The position numbers and the translations under genes were made by a program. Positions 22,024 through 32,048 of a stretch of 64,000 nucleotides of DNA are shown here, piece by piece (position 1 is the stretch's first letter; each line of letters opens with the position of its first letter). The stretch comes from an uncultured Actinomycetota bacterium (GTDB lineage Bacteria > Actinomycetota > Actinomycetes > Mycobacteriales > Mycobacteriaceae): NCBI GenBank assembly GCA_963786695.1, contig CAWBAL010000005.1, forward strand, positions 17,304 through 81,303, written 5' to 3'. Below the pieces are notes generated by a model. It searched no databases, was not told where the DNA came from, and was given only the letters and a program-made list of their open reading frames with translations.

Positions 22024-23595
22024 CTAAGAAACCCCCTCCAGCTCTTCTCCGGTGATGTCGACCTGCTTGATCGGGCCGGTGAACCAGTTCTTCACCGAGG
22101 CGTGCCAGTAGATCCACAGCAGGATCAGCACACCGCCCACCACCAGGGGCGTGTAGTTGACGAACTTCCACTCGAAGCTGGCATCCCAGGGCGCGCCACC
22201 GATCGAGGTCGGGAACATCGCGATGATCGAGGTGATGATGATCTCGGCCAGCGCCAGCGGCGCCATCCACTTGTGGTGCCCGCGCAGGTTCCATCGTCCG
22301 ATCGGGAACGAGTCGCCGGCCTTCCAGCGGTAGTAGATCGGCACCGCGAAGCACAGGTACAGCCCCACCACGCCGATCGAGACCACCGCGAAGAAGGCGA
22401 TCGGCACCGGGGCGCCGTTGATGTCGACCTTCACCAGAGCGGGCAGGGTGAGAAGCGCCGCGATGCCCGCCGTCACCATGACCGCGTTGGCCGGCACCTT
22501 CTTGGCGCTGAGCTTGGACCACAGCTGATGGCCGGGCACCGCGCGGTCGCGGCTGAACGCGAACAGCATCCGCGAGGCGCTGGTCTGGCAGGCGGTGGTG
22601 CAGAACAGCTGACCGGCCGTCGAGATCAGCAGCACGATCGCGACCCACTTGGAGTCCATCGCCTGGGTGAAGATCGTGGCCACCGCACCGCCGCCCGCCG
22701 TCACGCCGTCGACGTCCTGCACGGCGAACAGGAAGGTCAGCAGCAGGATCCAGCCGCCGATCGCGGAGTAGAAGATCGAGCGCCAGATGCCCTTGGCGGC
22801 ACCGTCGGCCGCGCTCTTGGTCTCCTCGGACAGGTGCGCCGAGGCGTCGTAGCCGGTGATCGTGTACTGGGTCAGGATCGCCGACATCGGTAGCACGAAC
22901 AACAAGAACATGAAGCCCGATGAAGCCCCGCCGAAGAAGCCGGTGTTGTTGACGGTCGTGGCGAACACCGTCGAGAAGCTGGCGTGCTGTTCGGGGATCA
23001 GCCACAGGATCACGATGACGGCCGCGGCGCCGATCACGTGCCACCACACCGAGATGTTGTTGATGACGGCCAGCAGGTGGCTGGAGAAGATGTTGATGGT
23101 CGCGACGACGACCAGGATGACGAGGAACATGATGAACGTCCGGGTCAGGCTGTAGCCGGCCAGCCAGCTCTCGCTGAACGTGCCCAGCGTCAGGTCCAGG
23201 AACGTCGCGCAGCCGTAGGCCACCGAGGCCAGGATGGCGATCAGGCCGATCAGGTTCAGCCAGCCGGTGTAGAAGCCGGCCTTGGGTCCGCCGAGTTTGG
23301 CTGCCCACCAATAGATTCCGCCGGAGGTCGGGAACGCCGACACCAACTCGGACATGCACAGCCCGATGATCAGGATGAAGACCGACAGGATCGGCCAGCC
23401 CCACGCGATCGCGGCCGGGCCGCCGTTGTTCCAGCCGAGGCCGAACGAGGTGAAGCAGCCCGCCAGGATCGAGATGATCGAGAACGAGATGGCGAAGTTG
23501 GAGAATCCGGACCAGGACCGGTGCAGTTCCTGGGCGTAACCCAGGCTGGCGAGATGTCGTTCGTCCTCGTCGAGTATTTCGTGACCCTCTGGCAC
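22024..23595 (-). CDS. APC-family amino acid/amine permease
   Basis: LGYAQELHRSWSGFSNFAISFSIISILAG, PTSGGIYWW, GYDASAHLSEE, SRMLFAFSRD; about 12 TMs. Confidence 0.93.
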   Translation of the reverse strand: MPEGHEILDEDERHLASLGYAQELHRSWSGFSNFAISFSIISILAGCFTSFGLGWNNGGPAAIAWGWPILSVFILIIGLCMSELVSAFPTSGGIYWWAAKLGGPKAGFYTGWLNLIGLIAILASVAYGCATFLDLTLGTFSESWLAGYSLTRTFIMFLVILVVVATINIFSSHLLAVINNISVWWHVIGAAAVIVILWLIPEQHASFSTVFATTVNNTGFFGGASSGFMFLLFVLPMSAILTQYTITGYDASAHLSEETKSAADGAAKGIWRSIFYSAIGGWILLLTFLFAVQDVDGVTAGGGAVATIFTQAMDSKWVAIVLLISTAGQLFCTTACQTSASRMLFAFSRDRAVPGHQLWSKLSAKKVPANAVMVTAGIAALLTLPALVKVDINGAPVPIAFFAVVSIGVVGLYLCFAVPIYYRWKAGDSFPIGRWNLRGHHKWMAPLALAEIIITSIIAMFPTSIGGAPWDASFEWKFVNYTPLVVGGVLILLWIYWHASVKNWFTGPIKQVDITGEELEGVS

Positions 23596-23668
23596 AGCGC
23601 ATCTCCTTGTAGGCGTGGTGGCAGGGAGGCGTCGACCGGCGCGCTCTGAATAGGGACAATAGAGCGCT

Positions 23669-23709
23669 ATTGGTCTGGTGTCCTACCTTTGGAGTGACAT
23701 TTATGTAAA
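23669..23709. promoter_or_regulatory. Candidate FadR/GntR operator plus GlnR-like box in divergent promoter
   Basis: ATTGGTCTGG-TG-TCCTACCTTT imperfect palindrome (23669-23690); GTGAC-n6-GTAAA (23694-23709). Confidence 0.4.
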
Positions 23710-23794
23710 TCTGGTGGGCGAGGCGGCCGGCGAGGCGGCCTCCAATGGTTGACTTTCCGTCGAATCCACGTCAGGTCTACGAGAGGGGGCGCGC

Positions 23795-25176
23795 ATGGCG
23801 CCTGATGGTGCTGGCCGCAGGTCCGGGCTGCTGACCCAGGGCGAACTCGAGAGCCTGGTGGCCGCCGGGGACATCGACACCGTGATCGTGGCGTTCACCG
23901 ACATGCAGGGCCGGCTCACCGGCAAGCGGGTCGCCGCCCGGCTGTTCGTCGAGGAGGTCGCCGCCCACGGCGCCGAATGCTGCAACTACCTGCTGGCCGT
24001 CGACGTCGACATGAACACCGTCGACGGGTACGGATGTCCAGCTGGGAGTCCGGCTACGGCGACATGGTGATGACGCCCGACTTCGCCACGCTGCGGCTGC
24101 TGCCGTGGCTGCCCGGCACCGCGCTGGTGATGGCCGACCTGTCCTGGGTGCAGGGCGGACCGGTGACGCCCGCGCCGCGAACCATCCTCAACACGCAACT
24201 CGAGCGGCTCGCCGACCGCGGCCTGGCGGCCTTCATCGGCACCGAGCTGGAGTTCATGGTGTTCGACGCCACCTACCGCGAGGCGTGGGCGGCCGGGTAT
24301 CGCGGCCTGACCAAGTCCACCGACTACAACGTCGACTACGCGATCCACGCCTCCACCCGGATGGAGCCGCTGCTGCGCGACATCCGGCTCGGCATGGACG
24401 GCGCCGGGATGTACTGCGAGGGCGTCAAGGGGGAGTGCAACTTCGGCCAGCAGGAGATCGCGTTCCGCTACGACGACGCCCTGGTCACCTGCGACAACCA
24501 CACGATCTACAAGAACGGCGCCAAGGAGATCGCCGACCAGCACGGCAAGAGCCTGACGTTCATGGCGAAATTCGACGAGCGCGAAGGCAACAGCTGCCAC
24601 ATCCACATCTCGCTGCGCGGCACCGACGGCAGCGCGGTGTTCGCCGACCCCGATGAGCCGCTGGGCATGTCGCCGATGTTCCGCAGCTTCATCGCCGGGC
24701 AGATCGCCACGATGCGCGAGCTCACGCTGTTCTACGCCCCGAACATCAACTCCTACAAGCGTTTCGTCGAGGGCAGCTTCGCGCCGACGGCGATCGCCTG
24801 GGGGATCGACAACCGGACCTGCGCGCTGCGGGTGGTCGGCCAGGGCCATTCGATGCGGATGGAATGCCGCGCGCCCGGCGGCGACGTCAACCAGTACCTG
24901 GCGGTCGCGGCGCTGATCGCCGGCGGACTGCACGGCATCGACAACGCGCTGGAACTGCCCGAGGCGTGCGCGGGCAACGCGTACACCGGTGGCGCGGAAC
25001 GCCTTCCGACCACGCTGGCCGAGGCGGCCGAGCTGTTCGAGGCATCGACGGTGGCCCGCGAGGCGTTCGGCGCCGACGTCGTCGATCACTACCTCAACAA
25101 CGCCAGTGTCGAGTTGGCGGCGTTCAACTCCGCGGTGACCGACTGGGAGAGGGTGCGCGGATTTGAGCGGCTCTAA
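23795..25176 (+). CDS. glnA4: Glutamine-synthetase-like gamma-glutamylamine ligase (frameshift near 24030)
   Basis: DMQGRLTGKR, GTELEF, KGECNFGQQEI, EGNSCHIH, WGIDNRTCALR, ECRAPGGDVNQY. Confidence 0.9.
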
Positions 25177-25966
25177 TTTCCCGGCGAGCAGACGTGAAAG
25201 TCCCTCTGAGACCGGCGTGTCGGAGTCTTTTGCGTCTGCTCGGCCACTGATCGGCCTGACCACCTACCTGCAGCAGGCGCAGACCGGCGTGTGGGACGTG
25301 CACGCCAGCTTCCTGCCCGGCATCTACATCGAGGGCGTCACGTTGGCCGGCGGCATCGCGACACTGCTGCCGCCGCAACCCGTCGACGCCGAGATCGCCG
25401 GGCGGGTGCTCGACGGCCTCGACGGTCTGATCATCACCGGCGGCAAGGACGTCGACCCGGCCGCCTACGGCCACGACCCCCACCCGACCACCGACGAGCC
25501 GGCCCGCGACCGCGACGCCTGGGAGTTCGCGCTGCTGGCCGGTGCGCTGCGCAGGCGCATGCCGGTGCTGGGCATCTGCCGCGGGGCGCAGGTCCTCAAT
25601 GTCGCCCTCGGCGGCACGCTGCACCAGCACCTGCCCGACGTCCTCGGGCACACCCGCCATCAGCAGGGCAACGCGGTGTTCTCCACCTCGACCGTGCGCA
25701 CCGTCGAGGGCAGCAAGCTGGCCGGGCTGATCGGGGCTACCTCCGACGCGCAGTGCTATCACCACCAGGCCATCGACCGGCTCGGCGACGGGCTGGTGGT
25801 CTGCGCCCGCGACACCGACGGGGTGATCGAGGCCGTCGAGATGCCCGGGCACGACTTCGTTCTGGCGGTGCAGTGGCACCCCGAGGAGACGCTGGACGAT
25901 CTGCGGCTGTTCGCCGGGCTGGTGGAGGCCGCACGCATCTACACGACTGAAAGAGTGAACCTTTGA
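25163..25966 (+). CDS. Gamma-glutamyl-amide hydrolase (peptidase C26/PuuD-like, Rv2859c-like)
   Basis: RPLIGLTTY, TGGKDVDP, LGICRGAQ, HHQAI, VQWHPE. Confidence 0.92.
   Translation: MSGSNFPASRRESPSETGVSESFASARPLIGLTTYLQQAQTGVWDVHASFLPGIYIEGVTLAGGIATLLPPQPVDAEIAGRVLDGLDGLIITGGKDVDPAAYGHDPHPTTDEPARDRDAWEFALLAGALRRRMPVLGICRGAQVLNVALGGTLHQHLPDVLGHTRHQQGNAVFSTSTVRTVEGSKLAGLIGATSDAQCYHHQAIDRLGDGLVVCARDTDGVIEAVEMPGHDFVLAVQWHPEETLDDLRLFAGLVEAARIYTTERVNL
25185..25242. repeat. Palindromic REP-like element inside the 5' end of the Rv2859c-like CDS
   Basis: CGAGCAGACG...CGTCTGCTCG arms. Confidence 0.75.
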
Positions 25967-27315
25967 CCTCCACCGAACTGATCAACCCGGCCACCGAGCA
26001 GGTGTTGCGCACCGTCGAGCAGACCGACGTGGCCGGTGTCGACGACGCCGTCGCGCGGGCCAAGACCGCCCAGAAGGCCTGGGCCGCCGCGGCACCGGCG
26101 GAGCGGGCCGCCGCGCTGCGGGCCTTTGCCGCCGCCGTCGACGCGCACATCGGCGAGTTGGCCGCCCTCGAGGTCGCCAACTCCGGGCATCCGATCGGCG
26201 CGGCCGAGTGGGAGGCCGGGCACGTCCGCGACGTGCTGCAGTTCTACTCGGCCAGCCCGGAACGGTTGTCCGGCAAGCAGATTCCGGTGGCCGGTGGTCT
26301 CGACGTCACCTTCAACGAGCCGATGGGCGTGATCGGTGTGATCACCCCGTGGAACTTCCCGATGCCGATCGCCGCCTGGGGGTTCGCGCCGGCACTGGCC
26401 GCGGGCAACGCGGTGGTGCTCAAGCCGGCCGAGTGGACGCCGCTGACCTCGATACGCCTCGGTGAGCTGGCCGTGGAAGCCGGTCTGCCCGAAGACCTTT
26501 TCCAGGTGCTGCCCGGCAAGGGTTCGGTGGTCGGCGAGCGGTTCATCAGCCACCCCGACATCCGCAAGATCGTGTTCACCGGCTCCACCGAGGTCGGCAC
26601 CAAGGTGATGGCCGGGGCCGCCAACCAGATCAAGCGCGTGACGCTGGAACTCGGCGGCAAGAGCGCCAACGTGATCTTCGCCGACTGCGACCTGGAGAAG
26701 GCGGCGGCGACCGCGCCCTACGGCGTGTTCGACAACGCCGGCCAGGACTGCTGCGCGCGCAGCCGGATCCTGGTGCAGCGCAGCGTGTTCGACAAGTTCA
26801 TGGAACTGCTCGAGCCGGCCGTCAAGGCGCTGGTGGTCGGCGACCCCGCCGCCCGCGACACCGAGATGGGACCGTTGGTGTCGCGCAAGCACTTCGAGTC
26901 GGTGGCCGCCTATGTGCCCGACGACGCCCCGGTGGCCTTCCGTGGCTCGGCGCCCGACGGGCCCGGCTACTGGTTCCCGCCGACCGTGCTCACCCCGGGG
27001 CGCACCGACCGCACGGTGACCGAGGAGATCTTCGGTCCCGTCGTCACCGTCCTGCCGTTCGAGGACGAGGCCGACGCCATCGCCTTGGCCAACGACTCCG
27101 AATACGGCCTGTCCGGCTCGATCTGGACCGACAACCTCTCGCGGGCGCTGCGGGTGTCGCGTGCGATCGAGGCCGGCAACCTCAGCGTGAACTCGCACTC
27201 GTCGGTGCGCTACAGCACCCCGTTCGGCGGGTTCAAGCAGTCCGGACTCGGCCGTGAACTCGGCCCCGATGCGCCACTGCATTTCACGGAAACCAAGAAC
27301 GTCTTCTTTGCATAG
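25963..27315 (+). CDS. aldC: Aldehyde dehydrogenase (Rv2858c-like)
   Basis: ITPWNFP, FTGSTEVG, LELGGKS, AGQDCCAR, EEIFGPV, PFGGFKQSG. Confidence 0.93.
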   Translation: MTSTELINPATEQVLRTVEQTDVAGVDDAVARAKTAQKAWAAAAPAERAAALRAFAAAVDAHIGELAALEVANSGHPIGAAEWEAGHVRDVLQFYSASPERLSGKQIPVAGGLDVTFNEPMGVIGVITPWNFPMPIAAWGFAPALAAGNAVVLKPAEWTPLTSIRLGELAVEAGLPEDLFQVLPGKGSVVGERFISHPDIRKIVFTGSTEVGTKVMAGAANQIKRVTLELGGKSANVIFADCDLEKAAATAPYGVFDNAGQDCCARSRILVQRSVFDKFMELLEPAVKALVVGDPAARDTEMGPLVSRKHFESVAAYVPDDAPVAFRGSAPDGPGYWFPPTVLTPGRTDRTVTEEIFGPVVTVLPFEDEADAIALANDSEYGLSGSIWTDNLSRALRVSRAIEAGNLSVNSHSSVRYSTPFGGFKQSGLGRELGPDAPLHFTETKNVFFA

Positions 27316-27341
27316 ACGACGTCGCGATCGGAGAGAACTAG

Positions 27342-28115
27342 ATGGACCTGACCCAACGACTGGCCGGCAAGGTCGCCGTCATCACCGGCGGCGCCAGCGG
27401 CATCGGCCTGGCCACCGCCAGGCGGATGCGCGCCGAAGGCGCCACCATCGTGATCGGTGACATCGACCCCAAGACCGGCAAGGACGTCGCCGACGAGCTC
27501 GGCGGAATCTTTGTGCCGGTGGATGTTTCGGACGAGATCGCGGTGAACAACCTGTTCGACACCGCCGCGGCGACCTACGGCTCGGTGGACATCGCGTTCA
27601 ACAACGCCGGGATCTCCCCGCCGGATGACGACCTGATCGAGAACACCGAGCTGCCCGCCTGGCAGAAGGTGCAGGACATCAACCTCAAGTCGGTGTACCT
27701 GTGCTGCCGCGCGGCGCTGCGGCACATGGTGCCCGCGCAGAAGGGCTCGATCATCAACACCGCCTCGTTCGTCGCGGTGATGGGCTCGGCCACGTCGCAG
27801 ATCTCCTACACCGCATCCAAGGGCGGGGTGCTGGCGATGTCACGTGAGCTCGGAGTCCAGTTCGCCCGCCAGGGAATCCGGGTCAACGCGCTGTGCCCGG
27901 GACCGGTGAACACCCCGCTGCTGCAGGAGCTGTTCGCCAAGGACCCCGAGCGGGCGGCGCGCCGGCTGGTGCACGTGCCGATGGGCCGGTTCGCCGAGCC
28001 GGAGGAACTCGCCGCCGCGGTGGCGTTCCTGGCCAGCGACGACTCGTCGTTCATCACCGGGTCGACCTTCCTGGTCGACGGCGGCATCGCCGGCCACTAC
28101 GTCACGCCGCTGTAG
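27342..28115 (+). CDS. Short-chain dehydrogenase/reductase (Rv2857c-like)
   Basis: TGGASGIG, NNAGI, YTASKGG, NALCPG. Confidence 0.93.
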   Translation: MDLTQRLAGKVAVITGGASGIGLATARRMRAEGATIVIGDIDPKTGKDVADELGGIFVPVDVSDEIAVNNLFDTAAATYGSVDIAFNNAGISPPDDDLIENTELPAWQKVQDINLKSVYLCCRAALRHMVPAQKGSIINTASFVAVMGSATSQISYTASKGGVLAMSRELGVQFARQGIRVNALCPGPVNTPLLQELFAKDPERAARRLVHVPMGRFAEPEELAAAVAFLASDDSSFITGSTFLVDGGIAGHYVTPL

Positions 28116-28119
28116 AGAG

Positions 28120-28873
28120 GTGCATGCCGGCGGGCAGGAGCGAAGCGACCCGGGATGGCAGGATCCGGAATCAGCAGGGGCTTCCGAGGCCCTGCTGCGT
28201 CCGGTGCGGCCCGGCAACGCCTTCGAGGACACCGTCGGCCGGCTGCTGCAGACCATCCGGCTCGGCGTGCTGGCGCCGGGGGACTCGCTGCCACCCGAGC
28301 GGGAGCTGGCCGCCAAGCTCGGAGTCAGCCGCGACACCGTGCGCGAGGCCATCAAGTCGCTGGCCGACGCCGGCTACCTGGTGTCGCGCCGTGGCCGCTA
28401 CGGCGGCACCTTCCTGGCCGACGAACTGCCGCGCCAGTGAGAGCGTGGTGCGGGTCAACCGGGCCGAGATCGACGACGCGCTGCGGCTGCGCGAGATCCT
28501 CGAGGTCGGCGCGGCCCGGATGGCCGCCAGCCGCACGCTGACCGCCGCCGAACGCGAGGGCCTGTGGTCGCGGCTGGTCGACGTCCGCAATGCCGACCCG
28601 GACGACTACCGCCGGCTGGACTCCCGGCTGCACCTGGCGATCGCCGAGGCGGCCGGATCGCCGTCGCTGGTGCCGCTGGTGGCGGAGAACCGGATGCGGC
28701 TCAATGCCCTGCTGGACCAGATCCCGTTGCTGCGGCGCAACATCGCCCACTCCGACGAACAGCACAAGGCCATCGTCATCGCGATCCTGGCCGGCGACGC
28801 CGACGGCGCGGCCGCCGCCATGCACGCCCACGTCGCGGGATCGTCGGCGCTGCTGCACGGCTTCCTGGACTGA
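28120..28873 (+). CDS. FadR/GntR-family regulator (start uncertain; frameshift near 28437)
   Basis: LPPERELAAKLGVSRDTVREAI HTH; FCD domain DSRLHLAIAEAAGS...HVAGS. Confidence 0.88.
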
Positions 28874-28879
28874 GCGGGA

Positions 28880-29389
28880 TCACAGCCCGGAGGTGGCGAG
28901 CCGGATGTCGGGCTGGGACCGTTCGATCGGCGTGAGGATCACCCGCAGCCACGTCACGGTCAACGCCACCGAACACAGCGCCCCGACCACCATCCAGGCA
29001 CACGGTCCGGGGCACTGGGCGTTCGGTGTGGTCTGGTGCCACCACACCACACCGAAGCCGACGACCATCCCCAGCCCACCGCCGTACGCGGCAGCAGTGC
29101 ACCAGCGAAAGCGGCAGCGCAGCAACGCGATCGACGACAGGGCCGTCGTCATCGTGAAGAATGTGAGCGCCACCGCGCAAATCGCGATGCCCGGGGTCGC
29201 GGTGACGGACCGGTCGCTGACGTCGGCCCAGCCGAACACCGCGGCGCCAGCCAGGGTTGCGCCGACGGCGCCGGTGAACACCCGCACTCGTCGGCTGATC
29301 CAGATGTCGTCGAGCACGCGCCGGCCGATCCGGCGGAGCATCGCCTCGACGTCGTGGTCGCTACTGCTGGGCACATAGAGTGGTCGCAT
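28880..29389 (-). CDS. Hypothetical 4-TM membrane protein (distantly Rv2732c-like)
   Basis: Four hydrophobic segments and a VVWWHQT...PGP motif. Confidence 0.6.
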   Translation of the reverse strand: MRPLYVPSSSDHDVEAMLRRIGRRVLDDIWISRRVRVFTGAVGATLAGAAVFGWADVSDRSVTATPGIAICAVALTFFTMTTALSSIALLRCRFRWCTAAAYGGGLGMVVGFGVVWWHQTTPNAQCPGPCAWMVVGALCSVALTVTWLRVILTPIERSQPDIRLATSGL

Positions 29390-29806
29390 CGGCGGGCCTC
29401 GTGGTTCCCGGGCGGTCGGGTTTCGCTCAGCTCGCCTGGTCGTCGCGGGCACGGGCAACGGCAACGTGGAAGCGGGGATCTGGTCGACGACCACCCGGCG
29501 CGCGATCGATAGCAGTCAGGTGCGTGCGGAGGACCGACTCGAGAATCTCGACAGCGGCGACCGGGCATATCCCCAGGCTGCCCGGCGGTGCGGTGAAGCT
29601 GGTGCGTGTTGTTGGAAGAGGGTTCGTGGGTTAGACCCGAACCAGAGTTTCCTGGCTGTCGGGAACTCGGCGGTGTCGGCGACCGACCAGTCGACGTGGG
29701 GGTGGAACTGCGCCCCGGGGAAACGAGGAGGACGATGACGGCATCCGTCGTCGGCTGATATCCCGGCGGTGTGCTATCGCCACGATAAAGTCGGTCCGTC
29801 AACCCT

Positions 29807-29902
29807 TGGACGGTGCGGAAACCGGTGAGATTCCGGTGCGGTCGCGCCACTGTGTCCGGCAGGCATCTCGATGCGCCGCCGGTAGCCAGACCCTCCCGTC
29901 CA
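29807..29902 (+). ncRNA. Cobalamin (B12) riboswitch, compact type
   Basis: P1 TGGACGG/CCGTCCA; GCGGAA-ACCGGTGAGATTCCGGT-GCGGTC-GCGCCACTGT core; AGCCAGA B12-box-like segment; upstream TAAAGT -10; downstream of it lies the NiCoT SD. Confidence 0.85.
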
Positions 29903-29943
29903 CATAGCTGCTAACGGGGACGCGCAATCCCCAGGAGGTTCGC

Positions 29944-31050
29944 ATGGGAACAGCGGAGGCCGGTGCACTTCGCCGCATCGTCAGGTCGTGGACGCGACGA
30001 GACTGGCTCGAGGTCAGCGCCCTGCTCGGGTCGGTCGCGGTGCTGCATGTCGTCGGGTTCGGCGCTCTGATCCTGTTCGTCGCCCCGCACCACTATCAGG
30101 TCGGTGCGGAGGTGTTCTCGATCGGCCTCGGGGTCACCGCCTACACCTTCGGCCTGCGGCATGCCTTCGACGCCGACCATATCGCCGCCATCGACAACAC
30201 CACCCGCAAGCTGACCGCCGACGGCGCGAAACCCAAGTCGGTCGGCTTCTGGTTCGCCCTCGGCCACGCGACGATGGTCGTGGTGCTGGCGCTGCTGGTC
30301 ATCGCCGCCACCAAGACCGCGGGTGTTCTGCTCGACGATGGGTCCTCGACCCGCCATGCCCTGGGCGTCGCCGGCACGCTGGCCTCGGGTGGGTTCCTGT
30401 ACCTGATCGGCATCATCAACGTGATCGCGCTGGTCGGCATCTGGCAGGTGTTCACCGCTATGCGGGCGGGTCGGTTCAGCGAGCAGGAACTTGAGGATCA
30501 ACTGAACAACCGGGGTCTGTTGGCGCGGATCCTTCGCCCGATCATGAAGCGAATCACCCATCCCTCCCAGATGTTCGGCGTCGGGGTGCTCTTCGGGCTG
30601 GGCTTCGACACTGCTACCGAGGTGGCGTTGCTGGCGTTGGCCGGGACGGGTGCGGCGGCCGGTCTGCCCTGGTATGCGGTGCTGACGTTGCCGATCCTGT
30701 TCGCGGCCGGGATGAGCCTGATGGACACACTCGACGGGCTGTTCATGACGGTCGCCTACGACTGGGCGTTCGCCCACCCGGTCCGCAAGATCTACTACAA
30801 CATGACGGTCACCGGCTTGTCGGTCGCGGTGGCTCTGCTCATCGGCAGCATCGAGCTCGTCGGCGTGCTGCACGACGATCTGGGCTGGACCAACCCGGTC
30901 ACCGCGTGGATCAGTTCGATCGACCTCAACAATTTCGGCTTCGTGATCGTCGGCCTATTCGTGGTGACCTGGGCATGCGCCATCGTGTTCTGGCGCTTCA
31001 GCGGGATGGAGCGGCGCTGGGCGCCGATACCGCAGAACCCGACCGGCTGA
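29944..31050 (+). CDS. nicT: HoxN/HupN/NixA (NiCoT) nickel/cobalt permease
   Basis: GLRHAFDADHIAAIDN, FALGH, LFGLGFDTATE, FAAGMSLMDTLDG. Confidence 0.95.
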   Translation: MGTAEAGALRRIVRSWTRRDWLEVSALLGSVAVLHVVGFGALILFVAPHHYQVGAEVFSIGLGVTAYTFGLRHAFDADHIAAIDNTTRKLTADGAKPKSVGFWFALGHATMVVVLALLVIAATKTAGVLLDDGSSTRHALGVAGTLASGGFLYLIGIINVIALVGIWQVFTAMRAGRFSEQELEDQLNNRGLLARILRPIMKRITHPSQMFGVGVLFGLGFDTATEVALLALAGTGAAAGLPWYAVLTLPILFAAGMSLMDTLDGLFMTVAYDWAFAHPVRKIYYNMTVTGLSVAVALLIGSIELVGVLHDDLGWTNPVTAWISSIDLNNFGFVIVGLFVVTWACAIVFWRFSGMERRWAPIPQNPTG

Positions 31051-31612
31051 ACGGCGAAGCGCCACCGGCATCACCCCGGAGGGGCACAATGATTCCGCGG
31101 GTGCGGCCAGAAGGGTCGGCGACCGATATGAAGGCCAAAGTTGTAGTGCGGTGGTGATTTACGAGAAGGTCTACGGTCGCGAGCAGAACGATCACCATCG
31201 GGCGCATCGTCACCGTTTACCACGCGCTGATGATGCTCGTGCACGTTCCCACGGTCGACCGCGGCCGTCGGTGGGCTAGTCGCTCTTCAGTGCGTTCGGC
31301 CGGCCGCCGCCGTTCACAGCGAACGTCCGGACCTGCTCAGCCAATTGGTCGCGCGACGTGCCGACATGTTCCGTGAAGCAAAAATCAGGCCGCCGAGCCA
31401 TCGGTGGGGTAGAGGTGCCCGCGGCGGCGTCCGCGCGAGGCGTTGTCGGGCAGCACGACGTCATCGGTGACCGGCCGTGCGTCGGAACGTGGCTGCGGGG
31501 CCTGACACTGCCTCGCGGGCGACATCGCAGTCCACGGATCAACAGTCGCCTACCGGGACCGGATTGTTCCAGCCGACCGGAATTCGCGGCCTGCTGAGCT
31601 ACATTTCTACGC

Positions 31613-31942
31613 ATGGATGGGCCGGGCGACGAGGTCAAGGTCGAACGTGCCTCGTCCGCGCTGGCCGATGTGGACATCAACGGCTGGACCCAGCGCTTCG
31701 ACCTGTTGTCCGACCCGAACCGGCTGGAGATCCTGCTGTGCCTGCACCGGGCTCCGGGCATCTGTGTTGGTGACCTCGCCACGGCGCTCGGCAGATCGGA
31801 AAACGCTGTCTCGCAGGCACTTCGGGTACTCCGGCAGCAGGGTTGGGTGACGTCGACCCGGGTGGGCCGGCTGGTCAGCTACCGCCTGGAAGACCACACC
31901 GTGCACGACCTGCTGCACTGGATCGGCGCCGCGCACGACTGA
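31613..31942 (+). CDS. ArsR/SmtB metalloregulator
   Basis: FDLLSDPNRLEIL, VGDLATALGRSENAVSQALRVLR; His-rich C-terminus DHTVHDLLHWIGAAHD. Confidence 0.9.
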   Translation: MDGPGDEVKVERASSALADVDINGWTQRFDLLSDPNRLEILLCLHRAPGICVGDLATALGRSENAVSQALRVLRQQGWVTSTRVGRLVSYRLEDHTVHDLLHWIGAAHD

Positions 31943-31963
31943 GCCGGACGCGCTTAATTGATT

Positions 31964-31983
31964 ATCTGAACATGTAGACAGAT
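31964..31983. promoter_or_regulatory. SmtB/ArsR-box-like operator upstream of cbiM
   Basis: ATCTGAACATGTAGACAGAT imperfect palindrome with a TGAACA half-site in an AT-rich promoter. Confidence 0.55.
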
Positions 31984-32048
31984 GAGAGCGGTCGACACTA
32001 AGCTCGACCCAAGGGGCGGAACTGACACCTCACCGCGAGGAGACACGC

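Noticed and set aside
23717-23740. Perfect 12-bp tandem duplication GGCGAGGCGGCC
   Set aside because: Only two GC-rich copies; could be chance or slippage
28130-28157. AGGAGCGAAGCGACCCGGG short element at the GntR start
   Set aside because: Resembles common mycobacterial intergenic repeat units but is single-copy here and blurs the start codon; not supportable further
29725-29758. GAGGAGG plus MTASVVG* micro-ORF upstream of the B12 riboswitch
   Set aside because: Lies upstream of the predicted riboswitch promoter; no support beyond the SD match
31051-31612. Short ORFs between nicT and arsR
   Set aside because: Patches of coding-like codon use but no coherent frame, SD or recognisable family; probably remnants
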